Shown here: in pieces, positions 13,810-27,344 of the stretch
Numbering within the stretch: position 1 is the stretch's first letter
Layout: each line of letters starts with the position of its first letter
Source: Octopus sinensis
Lineage: Eukaryota
Direction: 5' to 3'
Assembly: GCF_006345805.1 (NCBI RefSeq)
Contig: NC_043004.1
Location: 13,702,001-13,766,000 of the forward strand
DNA length: 64,000 nt
Program-made: the position numbers and the translations under genes
Notes under the pieces: generated by a model
What the model saw: the letters and a program-made list of their open reading frames with translations, nothing else
Told to the model about the DNA's origin: nothing
Database searches by the model: none

Positions 13810-14520
13810 ATAATTAAGAATTATTGAGCTAAACAATGCATAAAATATACAAATATGAAATAAAAAGGTCAAGAAAGAACTTCATTGGTGCATTAAGATG
13901 GATATTTAAACTGAGTTAAATGCAAAAATAAAGTTAATGAATATTAATATTTTTCCTTGGCTGTTCCACTAATAAATTACAATTATATTATTTTCAACTA
14001 GGAGTTAAAGGAATTAGCGAGACTAGATAGGAAAAGCAGGAAAATAATGACAGCAATTAGAAAATATCACCAAACAGCTGGCGCATAAATATTGTTTATC
14101 ATGAAAATTATTATACAATATCTATGATAGGAATGTAAAAACAACTGGTAAAAAAAATAATAAATTGTAACTGATACAAATAAACTACACAACAATGAGC
14201 AGAGCAAAAGAAAACAAGTTATTTTCCGTCTTCAAGAAGATCATCAATTATAGAACAGAGTCTGAAATAAGAGGCAGCTGTAAGGAGAAAAATTCTTAAA
14301 ATATATGTGAACACTATAAAACTTTATTAAAATAGGACTAGATAATGCCATGCTAAGATGGCAAAATAAGCTCCTAAATGAATAATGCATGGAATGGTTA
14401 GTGAAACAGAAGCGGGGGTAGGAGGAAACAAATAACTCAGGGCTGACAGACAGGCGTATTATTCAAATTGCAGACAGAGCGAAGAACTTCAAGTTGCACT
14501 TTCCTAGCAGAAACTGAAAA
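13810..14520 (+). pseudogene. Degenerate Dong/R4-clade non-LTR RT C-terminal fragment
   Basis: Manual translation across stops and frameshifts: TELNAKIK..IN..LAVPLINY..LARLDRKSRKIMT..YH, like the R4/Dong TELNAKNK..LAVPV..DRKTRK..HHP region. Confidence 0.65.
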
Positions 14521-14609
14521 GGTAGGAGTCAATGAGTGAGTGAATTTTGTTCAACTTCGTAAAAACAGTAGCCAAAGTTCCTTCTAATCAAAGTTGTCAG
14601 CTTACATAA

Positions 14610-14826
14610 CTCTTTTACTCTTTTACTTGTTTCAGTCATTTGACTGTGGCTATGCTGGAGCACCGCCTTTAGTCGAGCAAATTATTCTTTGTAAGCCTAG
14701 TACTTATTCTATCGGTCCTTTTGTCGAACCGCTAAGTTACGGGGACATAAACACACCAGCATCGGTTGTCAAGCGATGTTAGGAGGGAAAAACAGAGATA
14801 CACAAACATATACACAAACTACATAT

Positions 14827-14878
<52 letters not shown>

Positions 14879-14990
14879 CATTTATACGACGGGTTTTCAG
14901 TTTCCGTCTACCAAATCCACTCACAAGGCTTGTCGGGCCCGAGGCTATAGTAGAAGACACTTGTGGTTGGTAAGCAAGCTACTTACCACT
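14610..14990 (-). mobile_element. SINE family B with internal (TA)n
   Basis: Reverse complement of 25356-25757 with a head deletion. Confidence 0.8.
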
Positions 14991-16066
14991 ACATTAAATA
15001 AGGTAGCTCTACAAAGCTGTTTGGTAGTAAATGGACACGTGCAATAGCTGAGTAGACTGAAGCGATGTGAAATTTAGTGTCTTACCCAAGAAAGGAAGAC
15101 ACGGTCCGATCCTAGAATTGAACCCTGGAATACAGAAACTTATGCTTGTGAAGTAAATCGCCTAACCGCTATACCATGTACATTCACAATGATACAAATG
15201 TACCCTACAAAAGTTCTTATGAAACAAAATATCAAACGTAGTACGTAATAAGCATGACAGTCAGAGCCTGGGAGATTAATACAGATTTTCCTTGCAAAAT
15301 TGCCGAAGACATCAAGTAAACTATATCTAACTCGGTATATTATTTCCAACAAAATTCACACACATACACACACACAACACACACACACACACACACACAA
15401 CACACGCAGCAGCACACACACACACGCACAAACACACGCATACATATAAAGATATTTAGAGAGATAGATGGATAGATATGGATATAGATATACAAAAATA
15501 AAATAAATATAAGAGAGTGGTCACTATATGGCTCACTCTAGCACTAGCTAATCCAAAAGGTTTCAACATATTCATATGTTTATACATATATACATAAATA
15601 TATGTATATATATATTTATATATATATATATATATTTATATATAAATGCACACACACACACACATACACACACATATATATATATACGTTGTGAGGATGG
15701 AAAGCAGAAACAATTCTCAAAAGAGAGGTGTCAGGAAAATGATAAAAGAGAGAAGCAGGTAAGTGTATCAGCTAAGATCCATCAACTTAAATGCAGTTAC
15801 ATCATAAAGAAAACTACCTAAACAACCGAGGTTTCTTACATATGTGATACGTTCCGAAAATTCAATACAAAACCATTTATATAGGTGTGTGTATGTGTGT
15901 ATGTGTGTGTTTACCAATGAAGTATGTTATATATATATAATATATACATATATATACAAACACACACATATATATATACATACATACATACATGCAGACA
16001 TACATATCATATATATAATATATATATATAATATATACTTACATATATATGTGTATATATATAGTA

Positions 16067-16112
<46 letters not shown>

Positions 16113-16273
16113 AATGTATGTATACGTAAGCAAATAAGAAAACCACGACCTCGCATCGGTTAGGAAATGAAAGTACGTCATAAGTTAACTATAATGATAA
16201 ACAATAGCAACAACAATGGTTGATGATGATGGTGTTGGTGGTGGTGGTGGTGGTTTTAGTTATGATGGTGGTG

Positions 16274-16323
16274 ATAATAATATAAATAATAATAATAACA
16301 ACAACAACAACAACAACAACAAC

Positions 16324-16380
<57 letters not shown>
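16274..16380. repeat. (TAA)n/(CAA)n microsatellite
   Basis: Directly visible. Confidence 0.9.
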
Positions 16381-16382
<2 letters not shown>

Positions 16383-17226
16383 ATATATACCGTAGTCATT
16401 CACAAAATTTCTTTTTGGCCAATGCCACCTTAGAGAAAATTAATTTAACTTGAAAAGGTGTTTCATTCGCAAGACGTGTTAATTACCTAATCCAAACTAA
16501 TCTTCTCCAGGTGCAAAGACATTTACAGCAAGAGAAAACCGAATGAATAGTCGTGCATTTCCAAACTACGTGATTCCACCAAGAGTAGTTACTGGGGTGT
16601 TAATGAACTGGAGATGAGAATTATAACAAAAATAGAAGAAATCTAGTCTTGTTTAGTGGTCAGAAGGACAAAGATAATGTAATAGAAGTGTTTATTAGCA
16701 CACATAATAGAGAGGAAGTGAAAGAGATAAGGGGGAAATAATTAAATAACCATTAAACTACGAGTAAGTTTTCAAATAATTCAGCTCTCTACGACTCGTT
16801 TCTTACTCAAGTCTTAACGTTGGTATTTTTTTACTTCTGAGAAAATGAAGGAAATTTCAGTGACCTCAAATTGCAATTCTCCCAACTCTATTTCATGTTT
16901 CAATGACTAAACAATAGAACTTTACATCAATCGTGAACAACATTAAACTTGAAAATGTTGACTATTTTAAAGGGCGTGTGATAAGAAACCTATTCCCAAC
17001 CACGGGGTATTAAGTTCAGTTCCGCTGCTCCAAAGCGGCCAAAGACTTCTGAACGGATGTAGTGGACGAAAACTGAAAGAAGTTCGTCATAAATATGTAT
17101 GTGTACATATATACACACATATATACATACATACATATATACATACATACATACATATATACATACATATATACATACATACATATATACATACATATAT
17201 ATATACATACATATATACATACATAT

Positions 17227-17313
<87 letters not shown>

Positions 17314-17351
17314 TATATATATCTATGTATATATATATATATATATATATA

Positions 17352-17549
17352 TAGGGAGAATTCACAAAAGTACAAAAGACGAAGACAGATGGTGTAGACA
17401 ACAAACAGATGTATTAGTTTAAAACGCTCGGGAAGTGAAAAAGTTTTAACGTTTCGAGCCTACGTTCTTTCACAGAAAGGAAAACACAGAAAGAAACAAG
17501 GTAAGGTGGGAAAATAAAGAATGGTAGTGGCTAGCGATTCTACATGGCG
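17352..17549 (-). repeat. ~190-bp interspersed repeat with hammerhead-like motif, copy 1
   Basis: Highly similar to 19594-19778; partial inverted copy at 51638-51698. Confidence 0.75.
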
Positions 17550-17850
17550 AATATATAACTATAACTATATATTATATATATTATATATATATATATATAT
17601 TATAATACGACGGGCTTCTTTACAAGCCTTTAGTTAGCCCGAGGCTACAGTAGCAGGACAGTAGCCCAAGGTGCCACTCAGTGAGACTGAACCTGAACTA
17701 TGTGGTTGGGAATGAACTTCCTACCACACATTATATCTATCTATATATATATATTATATATAATATATAAGTAGGAAGTGGAAATGTCCCAGAAGTAAGT
17801 CTATGAAATTTCAATTTAAGAGGTACTTTAATAAAATATTATATAAAAAA

Positions 17851-17890
17851 GATATTACCAGTTTCGATGTATCTCATCTTATCAAATATC
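17851..17890 (-). ncRNA. Minimal type I hammerhead ribozyme (U3-A8 variant)
   Basis: GAUAU-UUGAUAA-GAUG(AGAUA)CAUC-GAAAC-UG-GUA-AUAUC: stem I GAUAU/AUAUC, stem II GAUG/CAUC, GAAA, GUA triplet. Confidence 0.7.
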
Positions 17891-18004
17891 AGAAAAATTT
17901 GAAGGAAAGACAGTTTATCTTCTGTCTGGGGATCAAGAACATGTTCTTCACCCCGAGATAGAAGATGAACTGTTTTTACTTCAAATTTTTATAAATTTTT
18001 ACTT

Positions 18005-18042
18005 ATATTTGATAAGATAAGATACATCGAACCCGGTAATAT
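18005..18042 (+). ncRNA. Degenerate hammerhead ribozyme, partner arm
   Basis: AUAU-UUGAUAA-GAUA(AGAUA)CAUC-GAACC-CG-GUA-AUAU; GAAA mutated to GAAC. Confidence 0.5.
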
Positions 18043-18345
18043 TTCTTTATATATATATATTTTTTTTTATTAAACTCCCCCTTAAATTGAAATGTCTTAG
18101 ACTTAAACCTGTGCCAATTCCACCTCCATCTTTTATATTTTATTTAATTATTTTTTTTTTCCAGTTTCCCTGTTTAAATGAAGACATATATATACTATAT
18201 ATATAAATATGATTTGTTTACATCCTCTATATTTTTCCAACTAATATATAGACATATTATATATATATATTATATATATATTATATATATATTATATATA
18301 TAAATATATATATATTATATATTATATATATTATATGTGTGTGTA

Positions 18346-18380
<35 letters not shown>

Positions 18381-18396
18381 CATACAAGCACACACA

Positions 18397-18436
<40 letters not shown>

Positions 18437-18676
18437 TATATATATTAAATATATATGGTTTACCATATTTGTTAAGAACGCAGTACAGTACCGTACAGGT
18501 ATAAAGCTCGTCCACCTTCAGATTTACTATGTTGCTATCCAATATGCATTATACGTACTTCTACGTTTTGCGTTTGGACATTTGTTGGGTTGTGAATAGA
18601 TAATTGGAAAAAAAATTGTGGCTATTAAAAAAATAAATATCCGACCGTACTCTTTGTTGTTGACTCCAATTATTTC

Positions 18677-18727
<51 letters not shown>

Positions 18728-18932
18728 TATATATATCCATATACTATACCATATTATATATATATATGTATATATATAGTATATATATATATATATATAT
18801 ATATCTTTATTCTTGACTTGTTTCAGTCATTGACTGCAGCCATGGTGGAGCACCGCCTTTATTCGAACACATCGACTCCGAGTACGTTTTTTGTAAGCCT
18901 AGAACTTATTCTATCGATCTTTACCGAACCGC

Positions 18933-19032
18933 NNNNNNNNNNNNNNNNNNNNNNNNNNNNNNNNNNNNNNNNNNNNNNNNNNNNNNNNNNNNNNNNNNNN
19001 NNNNNNNNNNNNNNNNNNNNNNNNNNNNNNNN
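18933..19032. other. Assembly gap (100 N)
   Basis: Run of N; truncates a family B SINE tail at 18805-18932. Confidence 1.
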
Positions 19033-19219
19033 TACATACATATATATCTGTATGTACATTTATATACATATATAAATACACACGCACATAAATATATACC
19101 TATACATATACACACATATACATATACCTATATATATATATAATACTGGTATTTATCTTAATTTCCCCCTATATATATATATATACATAGACATTCCTGT
19201 ATATGTGTGCATATGTTTG

Positions 19220-19250
<31 letters not shown>

Positions 19251-19479
19251 ATGAGCGTTTATCTGCCTGTGTGTGTTTATTTTCACCATTAGTTAATTAT
19301 TACAAGTTGAGTGTTTTGGCTTTTAATTATAGTTTAATTGTTGTTGACATTCTTCTTAATGGGCTGTTATTGTTTGTCTGGCTTTATATGCCTGCCAGAA
19401 ATGCACACACGTAAACAAACACAAGTATACAGATATTACAGCGCAATCAGATATTTCACCATGTGCGTGTGTGCGCCTG

Positions 19480-19515
<36 letters not shown>

Positions 19516-19548
19516 TATATCTCTAAAGGTAAAATATCAATATTTATA

Positions 19549-19588
<40 letters not shown>

Positions 19589-19593
19589 ATATA

Positions 19594-19778
19594 TAGGGAG
19601 AATTCACAATAAAGCAAAAGACGAAGACATGTGGTGTAGACAACAAACAGATGTATTAGTATAACGCTCGGGAAGTGTAAATGACTTTAACGTTTCGAGC
19701 CTACGCTCTTCGACGGAAAGAAACACAGAAAGAAACTGGGAGAGAAAATAAAGAAAGTGTAGTGGCTAGCGATCTATC
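19594..19778 (-). repeat. ~190-bp interspersed repeat with hammerhead-like motif, copy 2
   Basis: Minus strand 19685-19720 CUUU-CCGUCGAA-GAGC(GUAG)GCUC-GAAAC-GUU-AAAG. Confidence 0.75.
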
Positions 19779-19878
<100 letters not shown>

Positions 19879-19954
19879 GCACTAAGCAAACACTCACACA
19901 CGCATGTATATGTGTGTACGTGTGTGTGTGTGTGGTGTGTGTGTGTGTGAGTAT

Positions 19955-20339
19955 GATAATTGCAATGAATACGGATATTAGTATATCTGCATACTTTTTT
20001 ATTTCTACTATCAGTTATCTAGCATATTTGATTTATGTGTCCGACGCACGTTTCAGCTGCAAAACCACCTAGTTATTGCTTTTGTATCCAGTTGCTTTCG
20101 ACTGGTTATTAAACTGTACAACTTAATTCAAGTTGTAGTCTGATGCGTCCGTAGATGGATCTTGAATAAAGCGGCATAGTCTAATAACCAGTCGAAGGTA
20201 ACTGGATGCAAATGCAAGTGTGAGGTGGCTTTGCAGCAGAAACGTGCATCGGACACATATAAATTTAATATACTGCATAATTAACTGTAGAAATGAAAAC
20301 TATGCAGATGTACTAACCTCTGTATTCATTGTTATTGTC
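19955..20339. repeat. Long imperfect inverted repeat (~175-bp arms, ~29-bp spacer)
   Basis: e.g. TTCGACTGGTTATTA / TAATAACCAGTCGAA and GTGTCCGACGCACGTTTC / GAAACGTGCATCGGACAC. Confidence 0.85.
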
Positions 20340-20542
20340 TTGGATACACATTCGATGAAATATTTATAACCCAGGGAAACGATTATAAATTTAACATCGT
20401 ATGAAAAACATTGGGATTGCTTACCTTAGGTAATCCTATGTGTTCCTTACAACTCGATGCGGTTAACGATATCCCAGACTATACCTGAGTGCTCGTACGA
20501 TACCAGCTTGGATACTCCATCCCTATCCATTATGTAAATATG

Positions 20543-20621
<79 letters not shown>

Positions 20622-21700
20622 TCAGCGGTGGTGCCCCAGCATGGCCGCGGCCTTCGGGCTAAAACATTTTAAAGGATTTTAAGGATTTATATACTTATAT
20701 ACATATATATATATATAATAATATATATATATACATATATATAATATACATATATATCTATATATACATACATATTCATATATGTATGTATGTATACATA
20801 TATATATATGTATGGTATATATGCATATATATATATATATTTAACATATTTATATATATTTATATATTCCATCTGTTTTTGTATTTTCATTCCAAAAACC
20901 TAACCCGAGGTAAGTTTTGGGCACGTGTTTCTGCTCCAATAAACGCCAGTAGTACACCAATTAAAGAATGGCCTCTCCTACTTAAAAATCATTTATGCAG
21001 ACGTCATGACACTGTTGAGAATGATATACATAAATGCTTTTTACTACACGTTTTCCACAACCCTAAACATACATTACACTTCATAAGACAAGAATAATAT
21101 AAAATTATGACAATAATTCTCTTAGATATTCAGTTAGACATTTACTAATTACAAATTTTGAATGGCAGCCCCAGCCACTCATCATATTATTTCGGTTGAA
21201 CATTCTCCTTATGGAAATACTTTTAGAATATTTCCCTCATTATGATTTGATTTGTTTTTTCGAAATATTTTTGACCTTTATAACATCATAATACTTCAGT
21301 TGCCCTTCACTTGGAATCACCTCTTAAGAATAAATAAGTTTTTACCCCTTTTCATTTTCAATATTTAACATACATTTCATATTTATGCCAAGTCCCTGAT
21401 GTGTATGTATATGTATAAGTTAATATCGAACAGTGAGAATGAGTGTCCCACAAAGAATTGGTGGATATATATATATATATTCTATATTTGTTGGTTAACA
21501 AGGCTACCAATGGTTTCAGTTAAAGAGAGAGCTTTACAATTATTCGGTCATGTCACAGGGGAACGATGGTACTGGTCTCCATTTCACTCAAAAGGGAGAC
21601 GAAGAACAACGTTACCCTGTGGTACGCTAGAATAACTGCAAAGAGCTCTCTTTACATGAAATCATTTGTGCCTTCTTTAACCCTCTAAAATGTGCGTGTG

Positions 21701-21731
<31 letters not shown>

Positions 21732-22304
21732 ATGTATATATATAAAAGTTATTAATGACAGAAGTACTCTTGAAATCGAATAGCAATCTATATACTCTAA
21801 TTAATGCCAATGCACTGAAAGAATGCTTCAACACTGCGATAGTGGTCTTCAGATAGATCATTATCTCGTACAGACGCACAGTGCTAAACAGCGCAGAAGT
21901 TTGTATGTCTGTCTCTCTATCCATCAGCTTGATTGTTTTCCAGCTATGTATATGAACAAAAAATCCAAAGATCGGCAAAAGAGAAACCTTTACTCTGAAA
22001 ATGAAGTTCATCGCTTCGGAATAAATCCATTATCACCCTCAGATCGAAAACAAAATGAACCAGTGATAGATACATTGGAAATCTATAACCAACGACGCTA
22101 TTTCCCCCCAATTTCTGTATAAAATAAATACGTATTTTATTTGTGTTTTGTTGTATTCCTTTATATTAGTTTTGTTAGACAAAACATTCAAAACCTTCCA
22201 AATGTGACCTAATGGACCAATCATTAGTGAAAGAACTGCCATATACTCAATCATCGTCGGCAACATTCAGCAATTTACGGGATATAAACCTATACAAATG
22301 TTTC

Positions 22305-22376
<72 letters not shown>

Positions 22377-22559
22377 TTGCAGAGAATTTCTATTGTAGAT
22401 TCTACTAAGGCAGTTTCTAGGGACACATGGAATATCACCGCCTTTTGTATCTTTAAATTCTTACCCAAATATTGTAAGAGGTATTTCTTCTTTCTTCTTT
22501 CTACTTTCTTATTTCTCGGTATAGAACACTTGTTTGATCTAGTTATTTTTGTTTCTGTA

Positions 22560-22965
22560 GTTTTACGGGAATCGTCTAGGAGATACCATACGAGACTCAT
22601 AAATGCCAAGCTTTTCAATCGATGATTGTGTCTTACGGGGTTTGTTGTCATTATAACAGACTTTCCCCCGTTGACAGTCTTACGATCTTAAATCTTACTG
22701 TACCAATATCGATGTTGAAATGAATTGATAGGATATTATCTAAATCTAAGAGGAAAGCTATGACTACTGTATTTTATTATGTCTGGTTTTACAATACCTT
22801 GGTCTTCTGTCTTTATTCACAGTGCCATTATATGATTTATTTTCTTCAATACCAATGTATTTATAGAATTCATTGAGTGGAACAAGGAAGATACAGAAGC
22901 CATTGATATGGATGTTTTCGGTTGGGAAAGCAATTTTAGGACGTTTTTAACCATGTTTCTTTAAT
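22560..22965 (-). pseudogene. Degenerate R4/Dong-like RT fragment
   Basis: Minus strand reads FYKYIGIEENKSYNGTVNKDR, resembling the YKYLG..EN..Y.G.VNK motif after RT domain 7. Confidence 0.45.
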
Positions 22966-23021
22966 GCTTATGTGCTTCTATGTATGTATCTCTCTCTCTC
23001 TCTTTCTCTCTCTCTCTCCTT

Positions 23022-23052
<31 letters not shown>

Positions 23053-23077
23053 TTCTCTCTTCTCTCTTCTTTCTCTC

Positions 23078-23124
<47 letters not shown>

Positions 23125-23266
23125 CGCATGCATGTATGTATACATGTATTAATGAATTATGCTGTACGCATGCATGATTTTGCGGCGAATATCGGAGGAG
23201 GTATGTTTCTAGCAAGATGCGTTGTGGTGGTGTACATAAACGTGTGTGCATGTATGCATGTATGCG

Positions 23267-23331
<65 letters not shown>

Positions 23332-23787
23332 TAACCACGTAACATTGCCAAACGTTATGTAGGTATAAACATTTACACAATATAATTTTTTGAATTATTA
23401 TTATTGTTTTCTTCTTCCTCACCGCTGCTTCTGTTTTTATTTTTTTTTATTTTTGCTGTTGGTTATTTTTGGGTTTATTTTTTGGTGATGTGGTTTCTAT
23501 TCCAAAGCATTGGAAGAAACAGAAACATTGTTAGAGACATACAACATAGGTTTGTGTTTAGAATACAATTATATAGTGTTTGAAATATACTTCACATCGT
23601 CCTCTGCTCAATAATCTTCTTATGAAACCATTCATTATTACAGTTACATACACTCATACACAGCCAAAAACATAGTTATCTCTTTTGACAGATTTATCGT
23701 TCATTTTTCTTCTTTATTTTTTTACTTCAAATTAAATCATTCTATCATAATATCCAATACGTTTTTGCCAGCATCCATATTTTTAAG

Positions 23788-23834
<47 letters not shown>

Positions 23835-23845
23835 CATTATTATTA

Positions 23846-23898
<53 letters not shown>

Positions 23899-25355
23899 TC
23901 TTTATTTCTTTATTTATTCTTTAACTTCTCCGAGTTAAAAACACTTTGTGATGGCAACATATTAAATTTTGCTCTTCTTATTGGCGTTAAGTTGTCACAT
24001 ATGTTTTTACCTGAACGTGTAGTCGATTTTAACATAAAAGAATAACGACGGTGCAACATAATGTAATAAAAATATATGTTGTTTTAATATATTTTAACAA
24101 TAACTCACATGATTTTTATTTCAATGTCTGTGCTTTATAAAACTGAACAAGCAAGATAACCTAGTAAATTTGGTTTCAGTTAATATTGTCGTTTCCTTCT
24201 TTCATATTGATTAATGTATAGCGAAAGTGAAAGCAGAACTGGTGATTTGACAAAAACAATAAATAACATGACGGTTTAAACGACATTAAAGAGTGAACGA
24301 GCAGAAATATTAAAGGCAAATACGTAAGCGAGTAAGGAAATTCAACACATTTACATCTCAGAGGAGAAATAAACGAGCAAATTGTTGAGAAAACCACGGG
24401 GTCATGAGGCAAAGCAGGGTTGCTGAGTGAAGGAAACATTTTTTCATCTGATATCTTTAAGCTGGTAGTAGTAATGCTCTTGTTTCCAGCAGTACAGGCG
24501 GTGCTCTGGTAGAATCGTTATCGCGCCGGATATTTCTTCCAGCGTTACATTCTGAGTTCGAAATTCGCTAAGGACGACTTTGCCTTTCACCTGTTGGGTT
24601 CGACGAAATAAGTACGAAATAAGTGTCTGTAATCGGCTTGCCCCATCTCCAAAGGTTCCAAGCCTAGTACTTATAATAGAAAGAAAGAAAAATAATTCCG
24701 GCTGTAATATAATTCGTCCTTTTTAGTCTAGTTAGGACTAATTATCTAATGTGCTCTTCCTATATTTAAGACGAGAGGTAATGTTGAATGAGATTTGGAT
24801 ATTATTTTAAGGTTTGTGTTCGGTAATAGAGGTTCCCTTGTTGTTGGTTCTGTCTTTGTTATTTAATCACAGGCCAATTGCGGGCGTGCACTTATTAATT
24901 TTTTTCCTTTTTACAAACATAGGTGATGGCTGTGTGGTTAGGAGGGTGCTTCGCAAGCACATGGCTTTTCAGTTCAGTCCCACTGTAAAGCACTTTGAGC
25001 AAGTGTCTTCCACTATAGCCCCGGTTCAGCCAATGCCTTGTGAATTTGGTAAATGGAGACTGTATTGAAGCTCGATCCTGCTGTATATATATGTGAGTGC
25101 TTTTGTCCCCCTCCACTGCTTGGCATCTGGTATTAGTTTGTTCAAGTTCCTATAACTGAGCAGTTCGACTGATGCAAACGATAAAATTAGCGCTAGATAT
25201 TTTCTTTTTAAATGTAAATACTAGAGTTGATTTGATTGACTAAATACTTCAACGCGGCGCCCCAGCATGGCCGCTGTCCCATGACTGAAGCAAGCAAAAA
25301 ATCTAAAATAAAAAAAAGAATAAAATAAAAAAGGAGAAAATCTTATTACGTGTAA

Positions 25356-25757
25356 GTGGCTGTGTGGTAAGTAGCTTGTTTACCGACCACATGGTTCCGG
25401 GTTCAGTCCCACTGCGTGGCACCTTGGGCAAGTGTCTTCTACTATAGCCTCGGGCCGATCAAAGCCTTGTGAGTGGATTTGGTAGACGGAAACTGAAAGA
25501 AGCCCGTCGTATATATGTGTATATATATATATATGCGTGTGTGTGTTTCTGTGTCTGTGTTTGTCCCCCTAGCATTGCTTGACAACCGATGCTGGTGTGT
25601 TTATGTCCCCGTTACTTAGCGGTTCGGCAAAAGAGACCGATAGAATAAGTACTGGGCTTACAAAAGAATAAGTCCCGGGGTCGAGTTGCTCGATTAAAGG
25701 CGGTGCTCCAGCATGACCGCAGTCAAATGACTGAAACAAGTAAAAGAGAAAAAGAGT
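25356..25757 (+). mobile_element. tRNA-derived SINE family B (CORE-like), full length
   Basis: A-box TGGCTGTGTGG, B-box GGTTCAGTCCC, CORE-like ACCTTGGGCAAGTG, internal (TA)n(TG)n, tail GGTGCTCCAGCATGACCGCAGTC..GAAACAAGTAAAAGAG. Other copies at 24925-25290, 38095-38390, 45609-45979, 47165-47550. Confidence 0.85.
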
Positions 25758-26208
25758 AATATCTTAAGACGGTTGGGGCTGGTAAATAGATTTGGCGGTT
25801 ATTTCTAGCATATTGGACCAAATAGGGGCGCCATCGTTATCCCGTGTAATTAAGTCAACGCAACTTCATCATCATCATCATCACTACCCCCACCCATTAT
25901 CATCATCATCATCATTATAATCATCAACAACTACTGAATATTACTGTCTCGAATCCTAGGACTCATAGAGTCGGTCAACCGGATTCCATGGGGTATAAGT
26001 GACCAAGATCACATCACTCCAACCTACCGCCAACAAGACACCCATTCTTCCCAGGGTCACTTGTTTTACAGCTAGGTGGACTTGGAACAGCATGAAATGA
26101 AGTGTTTTGCTTAATAGTACAACACGTCACCAGGTCCGGGAATCGAAACCCTAACCACTAACCACAATGCAAAGCGCGTTATATATGTAATAAGTGGAAG
26201 TAATATAG

Positions 26209-26440
26209 TATTTCTTTACTGTCCACAAGGGGCTAGACATAGAAGGAACAAACAAGGACAGACAAACGGATTAAGTCGATTAGATCGACCCCAGTGCGTA
26301 ACTGGTACTTAATTTATCGACCCCGAAAGGATGAAAGGCAAAGTCGACCTCGGCGGAATTTGAACTCAGAACGTAAAGCCAGACGAAATACTGCTAAGCA
26401 TTTCGCCCGGCGTGCTAACGTTTCTGCCAGCTCGCCGCCT
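26209..26440 (-). mobile_element. SINE family A monomer with Tx1-like tail and TSD
   Basis: Direct repeat GTGGAAGTAATATA at 26194-26207 and 26443-26456. Confidence 0.9.
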
Positions 26441-27344
26441 ATGTGGAAGTAATATATGTAAGAAGTGGATAGTTATTTGTGAGTGATGGGCGTAGACAAC
26501 ATTGCATTAACGGTCGAAGAAGCAGAAAGGAGACACAATGTATCTTGTGAGGCGGTGATGTGTAGAGAGTTGGTGAGTGAGTGTTTGTCAATCAACACAG
26601 CAGCCCACTTCCTTTTTTGTGTAAACTTACATAATTTTAGAACGCATGAATTAATAATTACATAAAATGATTGCTGCGAACAATGCCATCAGGTTAACAA
26701 CAATACTATCAACAAAAGCGGTTATATTTCATTTCCATTTCACGTTGTCTTCAAAGGGTGTGACACAAATAATTTGAAATACCTCACTCTCCACCCAACA
26801 CATTCTGTTGCATTATTTTCTACATATTTCGTTGAGCAAACTGTGAATTATTTGCCACACCCGGTGTGCTTTTGTTAAATTTTTATGCGTGTTTTTTTCC
26901 TTTTCTTTTTCTATTTTTAATGAAAGAAATTCCTTCCAACAGACAATGGAAAATTAAATAATGAAATAGTAAGCGAAAGAAAAAAAAGAAGCTGAGAAAA
27001 ACAGATTCGAAACGTAAATAAACTATTACATAAAGAAAAACAAAGAAATTATTTTCGTTTTTCAATTAAATTATATCCTTAAGACAACAGAATAATAACA
27101 TATTCAGAGTGACTACTACTACTAATGCTGCTGCTGCTGCAAGGGCTTTAAATATATGCAAATAAAGCGTGATACAAAAGGTTACAAAAATATTTGGGGA
27201 TAACCAAGACACATAAAATCGAGAAGGGGAAATTAAAATCGTTATAAAATGAAAATATTAAAAGACAGATATTTGTTAAAAACTGAAGCTAATAAGGCTA
27301 TGTAAAAAAACAACAACAATAATTAAAGAAAGTATCATTGAAGG

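Larger units (their letters stand above)
17766..18136. mobile_element. Spacerless imperfect palindrome, probable inverted pair of Penelope-like pLTRs
   Basis: Arms symmetric about AAGAACA|TGTTCTT (17941/17942); a hammerhead motif in each arm. Confidence 0.7.
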
